A stretch of 62,978 bases of DNA, filler included, from Basidiobolus meristosporus CBS 931.73 (lineage: Eukaryota; Fungi; Basidiobolomycota), in the NCBI GenBank assembly GCA_002104905.1. It is 3 parts of 3 records of this genome, joined end to end, with 100 filler letters (N's around TTAATTAATTAA, not from the genome) between each part and the next. Parts side by side here need not be neighbours in the genome. Positions count along the whole stretch, not along the records: positions 15,332 to 42,848 come from MCFE01000902.1; 2 more parts are not named here. The stretch is one strand, 5' to 3'. Under the pieces are notes generated by a model. The model did no database searches, had not been told where the DNA came from, and worked only from the letters and a program-made list of their open reading frames with translations. Every line of letters starts with the position of its first letter. The first letter of the stretch is position 1. Shown here in pieces: positions 21,631 through 34,744 of the stretch. The position numbers and the translations under genes were made by a program.

Positions 21631-22660
21631 TCAGCCTTTGGTGGGTACCGAAAATACTGAGGATGAGCAAAAGCAACAGGGCTCGTCTGTCTCCTCCCAC
21701 CAATCGCATTGATGGTCCTTCTCGTGTTGGTTTAAAAACTTGATACGCTCTATTATCAATTCCTCTCTCCCTTGTTCCCACGCCAATTGAGCCAGGCTTT
21801 CTTGAAGCGGTTCGATCTTCTGAAGTTGGTGATGCAGGCAGAAGTCACAGCAATTAGCAGTATCTAAAAAGGTTGGCCCTTCGGTACAGCCTCCGTGGTA
21901 TCGTCTACACAAATAGCACTTGGAGCTGTCGACACCGCTAGAATGGGCTGCGGTCAACTTCTCTTGCAGGCTCCAAAGGTCCACATCCCATTCCTTTCTT
22001 GGGGGGATTTGATTTTTGCTTAAGGCTTCCAGGATCACTGGACACTCATCGGACTGCCGCAACAGCGTACTTTCTGGAGATACTGTTTCAAGAAGAGTCA
22101 AACAAAGTTTGCGGGCGGTGTGTGTTTCTATTCCACTCTCGTATTCGTACTCAATCATTGGACTGATCCCAAATACCTGGCGTAGCTTATACACCCGCTC
22201 GTCCCGTAAGATACGCATGGTGAGAAGATCTTTGGATTGCACCAGGTTGTGTAAGGAGAAGAGTGGTGCGGGATCGTGTGGGTGAGTGTGCTCTATCGGT
22301 GGAAAATTACACGCAAATCAGTGAATGTCCTCACAGAAATTGTAAGATCCATATACCTATGAATAGCCCTGGCGCTATGTTCTTGATCCAACCCTCACAA
22401 GTGTCGGGAGAAACCAGCTGGTAGATCACATCCGGATTTTCCGTGGTAAGATTGTTCTCATTCTTTGTGTATGGTAAATGCCTAAATGAATGGTACGAAT
22501 CTCTTGTCTCATCCCAGCCAAATAGCTCTAGGAGTACTACGTGTAATTGTAGCAGTGAGAAGGCAGCAGGCACCAGAACAGTTCGGATGATCTCTTTCCC
22601 CCTGTATTTCTCTACTTGGCTAGCTTGAACAATATAAAAATCATCCCTGAATACCACCAT
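21631..22660 (-). CDS. MM3350/pRiA4b ORF3-like domain protein with Cys-rich C-terminus (intron 22293-22356)
   Basis: RTVLVPAAFSLLQLHVVLLELFGWD...HSF and DERVYKLRQVF...EYEYESG resemble the pRiA4b-ORF3 motifs; the two ORFs join in frame via a 64-nt GT-AG intron. Confidence 0.65.
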
Positions 22661-24954
22661 TGAGGAAATACTGTGATATGAATGATAGACTTGCGGACTG
22701 TGGGAAACCTCTCGGGTGTTGGGTAAAAAATGCAATTGTCACAAGGCGTGGACTTTTGTAAGCCAGCTGTTGACTCGGTGATGAAGGTGGATTGACTGGA
22801 TGCGACGAGAAAGTCTGGTGATGGATAGGGTGGAATGGAGAAGAGGCTTCACCAAGGGCGTGATACTGAAAGTGAAAATCAATAGAAGGCACCATCGCGC
22901 CTGCGTGGATTTTTATAAGAAAGCCTGCGTTAAATGGTCACAAAAATGGTAAGTTTCGGCAGGGCAGGTCAAGCACCATCACGATATCCAAAAACTCACG
23001 AAACAGGGGAGTATGGATGCGAAAATGGTACGTTGAGGCCAAAAACAGGAGTCGTATGGCAAGGGGTTCTTGTGTGAATATTAGTTAATTCTGAGTTCAA
23101 ATATATTGGATTTCAGAAAAGGGAATTCAAAAGGGGGTGATATAGGCAATGAGAGAGGGCAGCACCAACCATAGTAAACTCGCCAGTAGACACTACAGCA
23201 GAGTACTCACAAGACAATTTTGGGTTTTATCATGCTGAGAATGATCAAGTACTGCCTATATTTATTTCAAAGCGTGATATATCAAGTATCTCATCTGCCG
23301 AGCGCCTGAAAACAATACTAAAGGCATATTGATCTATCCAATTTAAAGACCAAGCAGATGGATTTTGTATGGACGCTGAATCAAATGAAACATATCACCG
23401 TAAATAATCATGAAAACACCCACAATATATTGTGAGCGCATGTAGTCTCCACACTCGCAAACGGGATTTCCAACACTTGACTCTGTGGTTTGTAGAATGT
23501 TGCCTTATGCAGTATCAGCCAAAAGTCACATTATGACTCGCATGCTACATAGGGATAACATCAAGAGTTTTGCTGCTGGCAAGCCAGTAGCTGATAGGCT
23601 CGTTCGCTTTGAAGTGCATTAGCTGCTACGCACCCTTCGATCTCTGGAGAATGCTGTGTAAGCAAATGCATATATACCAGGTTCTGGGAAGGAATGGTCA
23701 ACGCGGAAAGGGGTCAAATGCTCGCCGATCAGGAAATAGCACCGGGAGGATCACCACCATCAAATCAGATGCCAAGCATTAATCGCTCCGGTATGACATT
23801 GGTCATAGAGATGCCGACTGCATACTCGTATAATTCTCAGTGGCTCAAAGATTGAAAGTACTAGACAATGCGAAGAATGAGGGTACCTACGGAGAATGAA
23901 AATACTACAGCAACAGTCACATAAACTGGCACTTGATTCTATTTCCATGGCATCGGTTTCACGTCTATGTATTAGTGATAGAGCATGTATAACATATTGG
24001 CAAGTACTAGCCATTGGAAGAGGTTACAGGCTCTTGAAGAAACAGAGATCGCTGGTAATTTCCAAGTACACCCATCGAGACACAACCCACCAAAATACTG
24101 GGCAGCATCATATATGCCTTAATCCCCTTAGGGGTGCATTGGTTCGTCTATATACTACGCTTATCAACTGCTCTTCACCAATCCGGTAAATCATGCCAAT
24201 GCGATATATCAAGGGTGTTTACATTCAATTTGCCAGTGACATCGCAATATTATACGTTACATCACCTTCATTTTACGTTCAGGTGAATACCTCTTCCAAT
24301 ACCGACTTGCCGATGAATATGCTGTCTCGCATCGCCTTGACTGTCGTGTCTCTTACTTCACTATATTAACGTTGCTCAGTGGTTCGTATTTCGTTTGAAC
24401 AATCCGCCTAGATTTGGGCTTAAGACCAATAGACGAGCTTCTCGACATACTTATTCCTTAGTCCGAGATATCTCGACTAGTATAGTTGGTAGAGTTGAAT
24501 CACAATAATAACATGAATATACGTATGCAAGGAATATAGCTTGGATATTCAAATGGTCGATGGTGGCTTGGGCAATACACTATTGATCGTGGTTGGAAAT
24601 TTGATGAAAAAACAAGATTCTCAAAAGGGGTATCCCAACCATACATTACGAATATTGTGTTTTATTACGTAAGTTATCAAAGGTGCAATCTATGGGATAT
24701 TTTTGCTGTTAGAATGCCACATCGACTTGCACTTCTGAGACATTTGACCAGATAGCGTCTTTTTATATTTAGAATTACCTATATTTGGCAATTTCTTCAG
24801 GTGCTCTTCGTTTGATGCCAATAGTTTATTGAAGAGGTTTAAGGGTATGAAACCTCGTTAAATGCTTAGCAAAATGGGAGGTCCAAGTATATATAAAAGA
24901 GGTACTTTCAATGACATAGACGAGCATCATATCTCTAATATCACATCTCTAACA

Positions 24955-25368
24955 ATGTTCGATTTCGGAAGCTTACTCGGTCTTGGAGAAAGTGACCAAG
25001 CTCACCAACAAGTCTATGGGCAGGAGAGGCACCATGAAGGTACTTTGTCTCATGAGGTCATTGCTGGAGCGGCTGGGTTTGAGGCAATGAAGGCGTATGA
25101 AAATCATCTTCGTCGGACTGGAGAGCAACCAAGCCACTCCCTTATGAAGGAGTTGTTGGCTGGTTTTGCTTCGGCTGAAGTTGACAAACTGGTTGAAACT
25201 AAAGGATTGGACTGGATTGATGCAGAGAAAGCAAAGAAACAAGCTCAAGCTCAAGCACATAGGGTATGACCAGGGCTCCAATCTCTAACTTCAGTAACTG
25301 TACTAATCGTTCTATTCCTTCAAATATAGCTTGCTGAGGAGAAGTATGGAGGTGGTACCGGATATTAA
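24955..25368 (+). CDS. CipC-like antibiotic-response protein (DUF3759); intron 25264-25329
   Basis: HEGTLSHEVIAGAAGFEAMKAYENH...KELLAGFASAEVDKLVETKGLDWID is the CipC family pattern; TATATAAA about 60 nt upstream. Confidence 0.88.
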
Positions 25369-25593
25369 TAAGTGGCGAGCTCTGTGTGAGATGAAATCAG
25401 GTTGCTTTTGTATTCACATGAAGCAGCACAATGTTGTAACACATTGCAATTCAATGAGCTAATGAAATCCCAAACTGATAGCTTTGAATAAATTGGTTCC
25501 GTTGACAGTTACGCGCGATCTAGTCAATTTATTTCAATCGCTTGTTGAAGTGGACCGCAAAAAAACTCGTCAAAAGAGATTTTATGTAATTTG

Positions 25594-27173
25594 CTAGTAG
25601 TAATCTACGCTGGAGCTCATGTACGCTCCTGCAGCTCTGACCAACGCATTACCATCTGGATTTATAACACTTGATTTGCTGGCATTTGCTTCAACCTCGC
25701 TGATAGGAACACCGGTCTTGATGGACTCTTCCATCAAAGGAATAAAGGCGCAAATGGGGAAACCCCTGTCGCATGGGTAGAGCTGATGATCTGGAAGATT
25801 CGACTCTTCGTACGAGGACTTGTAGGACTTGCCAATTTCTACACAGCGATCTACAGAACTCTGAAGTTGTGACAAGCATACTGGTGATAGGTAGCCTTGG
25901 CCGTTCAACCCATTCACGTATTCCGCATTGGTACTCTCCAGCTCACGAACCTCCGACACATTTAAGAACATCATACCAACCCATTCGGAAGACAACCCGA
26001 ACGGAATACGCAAGCTCTTCGTTGAGCTACGGTCATTCAAGCTGGGCCCACCGAATTTTCCTTGATAAGAAAGAGGCTGGAATGGATTTGTGGTTACCTT
26101 ACCAACATCAGCAGCTGCCCCACTCCAATCCTTTGGCCTAGTGAAATCAATCTGGCGGATGTCATCTGAAGGGGAGTTCGAGTAAATAGAACAGATCCCT
26201 GGACCACCATGGTCAAACATTGCCTTGACTGGGATGCCAAATGGGTGCATTATATCTGAATCTCTGGCATGGGAACCTCCAATTGTGTTGGTTCCGCCGT
26301 AGTCTCGATAGTTCTGGGGTGCCTTGGCTTGCCACAAAGCCCAGTTCTTATCTACGAAGCCGTGGTGCAAATAGAACACGGGGCTGGCAATTGTACAAAA
26401 ATAATTAGTGTCTACACTGGTGCCACCGACAATGCTCCTGAACCTACTCATTTGGACTGAAGAAATTAACCATATCCCCATTGATCGCCTGGTGCATTAC
26501 GCCGTGCGGTCCTTGTTCAAAACGAGACACGAAAGTTCCGTAAGTTTCGTAACTATCACGCAGGAACTTGATAGACTCGGGCGACCATAAAGCCAAAATC
26601 CGGCCCTTTTCTCCGTTGAACTTTCTGGTCAAGCAATGCGGCAATGGCACCGTCACGGTCCAGTTTGCGAATGGGCCATCTTGCACACAGTTCTTCGGCC
26701 CTTGCCCGTTGCCACCAATGATCTTGAAGATGAAGCTTTTTTCGGGTGCTTGGGAATCTAAAGACCAATCCTAAATGGGCTCAATGGTTAGAGAGTGCTT
26801 CCTGGCGCCTCAACAATAACAAGTCGCTCACCCAGTATGGAATCACCACCTCAGGCACCACCAACTGCAACGCATACTCGTACAAGCGTATGAAGTATCT
26901 ATGCCATGGAAGGAAGGCAGGCGTGCCGTGAGCAAAAGGCACATAGGAGTTGTGAATATCTGCGAATCGATCGAAGATCTCTAGTGTTTTTAGTTGCTGA
27001 ATGGCGCTCAGCCAACCCTCTATTTCTTGCGGACTCATCTGGCGCACTTCTTTTCGAACAGAAATGGTTCGACATGGTCCAGGTTTTTCGCCGTAGAGCT
27101 GTCCAGATACTTCCTGGCCTCGAACCAGGGTGGCCGCCGAAAGAGACAACAACAATAAACTCTTTAAAAGCAT
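25594..27173 (-). CDS. Secreted tyrosinase (type-3 di-copper protein); exons 27173-26832, 26770-26448, 26383-25594
   Basis: Signal peptide; RKEVRQMS; CuA H (DIH), H (AHG), H (FLPWHR); CuB PHGVMH and DPVFYLHH; canonical introns. Confidence 0.93.
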
Positions 27174-28240
27174 ATTCAACGAGAATTTACTAGTCCTACG
27201 GTCTTGATCTGGACTCTTTGATCTAGCAATGGCCGGGGAGGAGAGGCTTAGGAAGGAAAAATCAACTACTCTAAGAATCCGAGACTTTCTCTGGAGGGTT
27301 AGAGTAAAGAGATGGGGTTCTTGTGGTACTTAAAAATCACTGTGCTGTAAACCTCTTGAGGGGCCATTATGTCAATATTTAAACCCTGTAACTGGGCAGA
27401 ATCCTTGCATGCCGATCGAGAGCAAGATGATGGGCGTTTCAAATGCTTTTTTGATACTAGTTGTGTTACAGGTTCGCTGTGTAGAGTGGTTACAACAAGG
27501 TGAGTGATTTGTGCTCGTTAGCAATGTAGTAAGCAACCCTCAACAAAATGGTCGAATCAACCCGGATTTCATTCGCCTCAACTAATTCGCATACGGTGAG
27601 ACAGTTTCGTAACAAACCCGAAGCCCCAACTTCCTAACTTTGAACGAGTAACTCCGCTCAGTCCGAGTGTAGGAGGGGTTGTTTCAAGTCAATGCTCCTC
27701 AAACATTTCCCGCCATTCTTCATGAATATGAGCATAGCCACCCGGGTTTCATGGTGACCTCTATTGCACCCTGTATCCTGTTTCGCCTGGAGTCGAGTTG
27801 CTGGGCAACCTAGATGACGTTGTTGCTTGTTGGGGTTATGCAGCGCTTCTTCGTTGAAGCCACGACCATCAGACCGCCGGGGCTAGGGTGCCTCAGTAGG
27901 AACGTGGGATTCAGGAAGCGTCCGCTATAGGGATTATCACGAAATCCAGCCAAAATGTAAGGAGACCAGATTAAGCAAACCATGCGAGTTCCATGTTTCA
28001 CGTCTCCACTCTGCATGATGGCGAATCAACACCGCACATTCGAAATCACTAGAGATTCTTCGTATGATGTGGATTTCTAGAGAACGAATCGTTGATTACC
28101 CTATCGATTCGATGGCTGTACGGCAACTAAAAAAAAAAGAAATTCCTGCCAAATCTTTCAAGGTAGAGCAAAAAAAGCGCTTACAAAATAGTTGAAGGAT
28201 AGTCTGAAATTAAACAGTTACCCTCATAAACGTTACCCAC

Positions 28241-29819
28241 ATGGTATGCCATACAACTTCTCGACTGTGAGCTTCCTCTATCTGACTTGCATTTCTTAGG
28301 CCGAGGAAGAACTTGCACCCGAATCCCTGCAGTTGGAGTCACAGGTGTTCTCCCTAGCGTTTCATCCATCGCAAGATATTGTAGCAGCAGGTCTTATCAC
28401 CGGTGATGTGCATTGGTAGTTGTCTGTCTCACTGAAATGCATAAAGAAACGCGACTAAAAGGGTGAATTTTAGCTACAAATATGGTGTGGAAAAGAACGA
28501 GAACATCTATAGTGGAAAGTATCACAAAAAGTCGTGCCGTACCATAGAATTCAGCGAGGATGGAAAATGTAGGAGTTTTTCGGAAGGTCTTCGCCAAAAG
28601 ACATCCAGCTAACCTCTTTTCGTAGTACTGTTCTCTGGCTCGAGAGACAAGTCAATCCAAGGTCTGGACATTGAGACACAACAAGTAACCTTTGTGAAGG
28701 CCAAGGCACATGAGTAAGCATCTCTCGATTGCGATATCGTGAAAACAAAGCACTAACCGCTATGTAAGCGATCCCATCAACACCATGCTTACACTGAATG
28801 AGCGCTACCTTACTACAGGAGACGATGCCGGTGTAGTGAAGGTATGACTGGATGTTCTCTGTACCAGCGCTTACTGCTAATGATTCTTCAAGCTCTGGGA
28901 CATGCGCAAACAAGGCGAGGCTATGAAATGGCATGAAAACTCAGATTTCATTTCCAACATTACCTATGTGCCTGAGAAGAAAACTATGGTGGTGGCTGGG
29001 TAAGCGTACAATGCTAGTATTTGTGGCAACAGTCCATCTGCTTGCTTCGGACCGAAACTAAACTGCGTTTTTCAAGCGGGGATGGTTGTCTATCCGTATT
29101 CGACATTCGTAAATCGGAAGCAATAGCTGTATCCGAAAACCAGGATGATGAACTATTGTCGGTTCAAGTGATCAAGAACGGGCGCAAAGCGGTGGTCGGC
29201 ACACAGGAAGGTATACTTGGTATCTTCTCGTGGAACGATTGGGGAGATGTTACCGATCGCTTCTTGGGTCATCCTAAATCCATCGACACGATGATTAAAA
29301 TTAATGAAGATGTTATCTGCACCGGCTCAAGCGACGGGTTGATTCGGTAAATCGTTTGGATTTCATTAGGTCGTTTACTGCATTACTAACCTCATGTCTG
29401 CGTCAAGTGTTGTTCAAATTCATCCAAACAAGCTATTGGGAGTAATCGGGGAGCACGATGACTTCCCAGTTGAACAGATTTGCATATCCCACGATCAGCG
29501 CTTCATGGGCAGCTGCGCACACGACCAAACAGTGAAATTCTGGAACGTTGGCTACTTGTTCGACGAAGATGACGATGAAGACGAAGAAGCGCTTGAGGCC
29601 GAGACTGAGGAGAAAGAACCCCAGATCGAGGTGGATCAGGAAGTCGCCAGCGTTGGTGACGTCGAGCATGCTGAGGCCAAGGACGCTGAGAATAGCGACC
29701 TCGAGGAACCAGAGAACAACAAGCGCAAGAAAAAGCAGAAGGAAAAGAAAGACAAAAAGCTCCCCGCGAAGTTCAATGTTGAAACGGCCGCTGCTGCCGA
29801 TTTCTTCTCTGACTTGTAG
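28241..29819 (+). CDS. WDR55: WD40-repeat protein WDR55/JIP5 (multi-exon; first exon is the ATG only)
   Basis: AFHPSQDIVAAGLITG, SGDGCLSVFDIRK, SENQDDELLSV, VVGTQEGILGIF, GHPKSID, GEHDDFPVE, acidic/lysine-rich tail ending FFSDL. Confidence 0.88.
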
Positions 29820-30955
29820 TTTGCTGCAGCGCTCCCTGCCTTTGAATTCTCTTGCCAAAACCAAATCACCACTAGATTTGTACATTAGGAAATAATCATG
29901 TCAATACACCCAGCAGCGCCTGTATTTTGAGTTGGTCCAGTCGATGATCCTGAATCAGTAATAAAGAACACCCGATTATCCATACAAATGAACCGAATCT
30001 TCGGCTCAGTGTTCAGCCCCTCACATGGAGCAATCTTCGCTAGCCATTGCTCATGAGAAGTCGTCACTGGCAGCACTTCCAGCTGCCATCATCCAAGATA
30101 ATCCCTGAATGGTGGATCTATTGATCACGCATTTGGCTCATCCTCTTTCTCCGCATTGAACATGATATTCAGATGATCTTAATAATCATCATTATTCAGG
30201 GGAAATCTGAGCATCCACTTAGCGTAATGCTATAGGGGCTTTGATTACCTCAGGTTAATCTACAAGGGGATTGATTGTAAGATTACCGTATTGACATCCA
30301 ATAGATTGGCAGGATTATATCCGCATTTTCAAACTACCTATTCTGCCACACTGCATTGGCAGGAATTCTGAAACCTCCTTTCCTTCCTGCTACTACGGTG
30401 GCTGCAGCAGTAACAATTGTGCTATCCCGATGTTGCTGAATAGGGTTGATTTAAATGCACTCAATCCTCGACGGACCTAAAATGATTGATATGGGTGGGT
30501 GTTTCTGTTCTACTGTGGGCCCTTGGTATCTGATTGATTATGCTGATTCTCTCGGCTAGACTATGGCACTGGCCACCGGACGTGGTGCTCTGTTGACTGC
30601 AACAAGCCTCAACGCACGCTTTGACGATATGCTCATTGTTCATTGTATATTAAAGCGGAACCCCAACAGGCAGCGGTTGAGCCGCTTTGCAAGCTACGTG
30701 ACTTCACTCTGCCAATGCTTATGAAGGTGGGATTTGATTGAATTGAAATATAACCATAAATCAAGGTTATCTATTGGGCTCCGCCTTCCAGATGATTTTA
30801 CAGGCATGTGATGCATCACATTTGATAAACCTCTGTGGTCCCTTTTCATAAGGTATATAAGCCAAAGGGCTTCCATAGGTTTACTTATTGGCCTTGGCCT
30901 CCCCATTATACCACCTTCATCTACCGTCTCACTCTTTTCTCCTTCTGTATCAAAT

Positions 30956-32028
30956 ATGAGCGCCGAGGAAGCTGTGTCAAGACCTACTTTGATAGAGAAG
31001 GTTCCTCAACTCGAGGAAAAGCCCAACGTGGCTGCTACGTCAGGCGTGAAATCATTCTTGTCAGGCGGATTTGGTGGTATCTGCCTTGTAGCAGCTGGTC
31101 ATCCCTTGGACCTTATTAAGGTCCGTCTTCAGACATCCAATGCTTATACTGGCATCGTCGATTGTTTCAAAAAAACCCTTGCTAGAGATGGGATTCGCGG
31201 TCTATACCGTGGTATGTCTACACCTCTTATCGGCGTAACTCCCATCTTCGCCACCTGCTTCTGGGGCTATGATATGGGCAAAAAACTACAAATTTGGGCA
31301 CTTGGCCTGGTAAGCGGCATTGAGAGAACCTCCCCCCCCCCGTAGAAGATCATTACTAACTGACCTTATCCCTTAAGGATCCTAACGCCAAATTAAGCAT
31401 GAACCAAATCTTGTTCGCCGGTGGGTTTTCCGCTATCCCGGCTACTCTGCTGATGACGCCTACTGAACGTATCAAATGCCTGCTTCAGATTCAAGGCGAG
31501 GCGGGTGGTGTTCAGAAATACAAGGGACCAATTGATGCTGCTGTTGGCATTTTCAAAGAAGGTGGTATGCGCAGTCTATTCAGAGGAACTGGTGCAACAT
31601 TGCTGAGAGATATACCGGGCTCAGTTGCATACTTCGGCGCATATGAATACGCAAAGGCAGCCTTGTCTGATAACTCAAATCCAGATACCCTCAGCCCAGT
31701 TGCTGTATTGGTGGCTGGTGGATTGGCAGGTATGGCCAATTGGGCAGTTGCTATAGTAAGTAAATGTTTCACTACTATCTATGATCGAGACATTTCGACT
31801 TAACATTTCTTTCGTCAGCCCCCCGATGTATTGAAATCTCGTCTTCAAACCGCACCCGAGGGTACCTATAAGGGTGTCATGGATGTGTTCACTCATCTTA
31901 TGCGTACTGAAGGACCCAGTGCATTGTTCCGCGGCCTCGGACCAGCAATGTTGCGTGCCTTCCCCGCAAATGCCGCTTGTTTCCTAGGTGTTGAGGCGTC
32001 CTTGAAAGTAATGAATTCAGCTTGGTAG
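30956..32028 (+). CDS. CRC1: Mitochondrial carnitine/acylcarnitine carrier (SLC25A20/CRC1-like); exons 30956-31309, 31378-31755, 31819-32028
   Basis: Three carrier motifs ([30 protein letters not shown]) with GVTPIFA, RDIPGS and RAFPANAA. Confidence 0.9.
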
Positions 32029-32897
32029 ACTATCGAAGTGAGATATACTACAACGCTCTACATCCACAACGAAACACTCAAGTAATGTAACCACATTTGC
32101 AAACCCCTCCCCACCAAGCCTCCCAGTCACCCATCGGAACGGACCATGCTTCTTCGTAGCTTGATTAATCTAATTAGGATATATATGGCATCGAAGCTCT
32201 ATGCTCATATAGCCTCTAGTTCAGTCTTGTTTGGCTCTCCCTTTATAAGATATTGTTGTATAAAATCCCAAAAATAAATGTCTTTAGGGTTGGATGCCTA
32301 GTCTATCAGGAGTGTATGATCTGTATGGCTTGGTCCATGAGTGCTGGGCTGGTGAATTGTGAAACGCTAGTAATGTGGTCCAACTCCCCTTCCCTAGGGT
32401 GAATTTGGGAACTGGCGAGACACGTGGCGTCCGATTATCTATCAAATCAAGTTTATCGATCCCATCCCTTCTGTGAGTACGCCAAGCACGAATTGGCGGC
32501 TGTGGTCACACACACCTTACCACTCCATCTACAGCATTTCATAAATCTTCAGATCATCACCATCAGGGTCAGTCGAATGCAGGATGATCTTCCCCCTCTC
32601 CATTGGTTGCCGAGATCCTGCGCCAGGCATCCAAGCCAAGCCATTTGCTGTGTGGTTGTTGGAACTAAGAAACATGCGTTGTTTATTAGATTTGGTTAAC
32701 TAGAGGTTCTATACAAAAGAATCAATAATGGACTGGGCACATAGTATCGCTCTAAAGGACACGAAACTTAAATAATACAATCAATGATAATGCAGACAGG
32801 TGATCGGATGAAGGCGGGACATGACGAGACGGAATAGGTATTGCTAACGATTGGTGCCTCACATTCTATTACAGGCGCTGTTAACATGGAATGCGGT

Positions 32898-34744
32898 TCA
32901 ACTCGTAAACTCATCAACAGAAGCGTACCTTAAAAATTGTTTGTAGACTGGGTTCTCACTCTCGTCAACATACGGGTATTTCAAATTATTCAAGAATTCC
33001 TGGAACTGCTCGGCCTCTGGTGGGGGAACTTGGATTCCAACAAGGACACGACCAGTATCTAGTGTGGTGTTAGTTCACCGCCAAAACAGCAACATGCATC
33101 GGAACCAACACAAACCTGCGCCAAAGTTGCGGTAATGGAAGAGGCTGACGTTCCATCCGCTCTTCAATCCAGTTAAGAACTGTTTCAAGGCCCCTGGGCG
33201 TTCTGGGAATTCAAATCTATAGAGACGCTCATTTTCTACTCCGCTGCGACCACCGATCAGATAGCGGGCATGTGTTTTGGCCATTTCATTGTCGCTGATA
33301 TCTTGTCCCTTCATCCCCATGCTCTCCAGCTCGCCGAAGATCTGGCTTAGCTCTTGTTTGCGATTTACGACGGTGAATGATGTGAATATGTAAGCTTCCT
33401 TGGGGTTCGAATAACGATAAATAAACTCGGTAATGGGGCGGGGATAGATAGAATTGTAGAGTTTCATAAAGCTCCCTGGTTCTTCGGGTATGATGGCGGT
33501 GATCAAGGCCTCGCGTTTCTCACCAAGCTCTGCACGCTCGGCCACGAAACGAAGACGATCGAAATTCATGTTGGCCCCGCTGGTGACGGCGATGACCGTT
33601 TTGTTTTCGTACTTGTTTTGCAGTAACCATTTCTTAGCTCCTGCGACCCCTAGCGCACCTGCAGGCTCCACAATTGAACGAGAATCTATAGGTTGAAGAG
33701 ATTAGCAACTGCAATATCCATGCGCAGAGGCTCCAACAAACCTTCAAAGATGTCCTTGATAGCAGCGCATATCTGATCGTTGGTAACCTGGACCATATCG
33801 TCCAATAGTTCATTGCAAACACGGAATGTCTCTGTTCCGACCAGGCGTACCGCGGCCCCATCAGCGAACAAACCCACCTCTGGAAGTTCGCATGGATGTC
33901 CCTTGGCCAGCGCTTCCGTCATGGCAAATGAATCGTGTGTTTCAACACCAATGACCTTGATTTTAGGATAGACTCTTTTGACATATGCAGCAATGCCAGC
34001 GGCAAGGCCTCCACCACCAATGGCACAGAATATGGCATCGATTTTATCAAGTGGGTGCTGTTTCAGCATCTCCAGAGCAACAGTACCCTGGCCAGCAATG
34101 ACATAAGGATCATCGTACGGAGGAATGTTGACGAGTCCGCGCTCAGAAGCCAAACGTGCGCACTCTACTTTCGCCGCATCGAAATCGTTGCCATGGAGAA
34201 CAACGTTTCCGCCCAAACGTTTAACGTTCCTCCACTTGATTTCAGGGGTAGGGGTAGGCATCACGATGGTGGCATCGATTCCCAACTTCTTAGCTGCAAA
34301 GGCTGTTACGCGTCGACATGGTTAGTCTAGCGTATAGAAAGTATGCGGTCCATAGACAAACGTACCAACTCCTTGAGCATGATTGCCGGCAGAGCAAGCG
34401 ATGACCCCGCGGGCTTTTTCCTCGGGGGTCAGGTGATACATCCTATTGTAAGCCCCGCGAATCTTAAAGGAGAACACCGGTTGAAGGTCCTCTCTCTTCA
34501 GCAGGATGCTGTTTCCTAGGCGGTTGGATAGATTCACGGCATGCTGTAACGGAGTTTGGATAGCAACATCATAGACGGGGGCGGTTAGGATTAACTGTAA
34601 GTAGTCAGGTTGCTCTGGCTGCTTAGAGCTGTCGGGTTTCTATCAAAGCGTTAGTGACATCTAGGGTGGATCGCTAGGCGGGCGCTGCTTTACCTCAGTC
34701 ATCGATGTGGGGGAAGTATTCTCTTTGGCGTCAAGCTGTACCAT
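32898..34744 (-). CDS. ILV1: Threonine dehydratase (biosynthetic, with ACT-like regulatory domains), multi-exon; exact 3' end uncertain
   Basis: [29 protein letters not shown] (PLP lysine), [46 protein letters not shown]. Confidence 0.95.

Noticed and set aside
27500-28130. GC-balanced intergenic stretch with short complementary segments; considered telomerase, RNase P/MRP or U3 RNA
   Set aside because: No template repeat, P4 consensus or C/D boxes could be identified; the 68-aa ORF is unrecognisable.
29885-30643. Short minus-strand ORFs between WDR55 and the carrier gene
   Set aside because: Could not be joined into a stop-free spliced model; no motif recognised.
32290-32699. Splice-like signals and ORF pieces (GEFGNWRDTWRPII...) between the carrier gene and ILV1
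   Set aside because: No convincing start or phase-consistent model, and no recognisable product.
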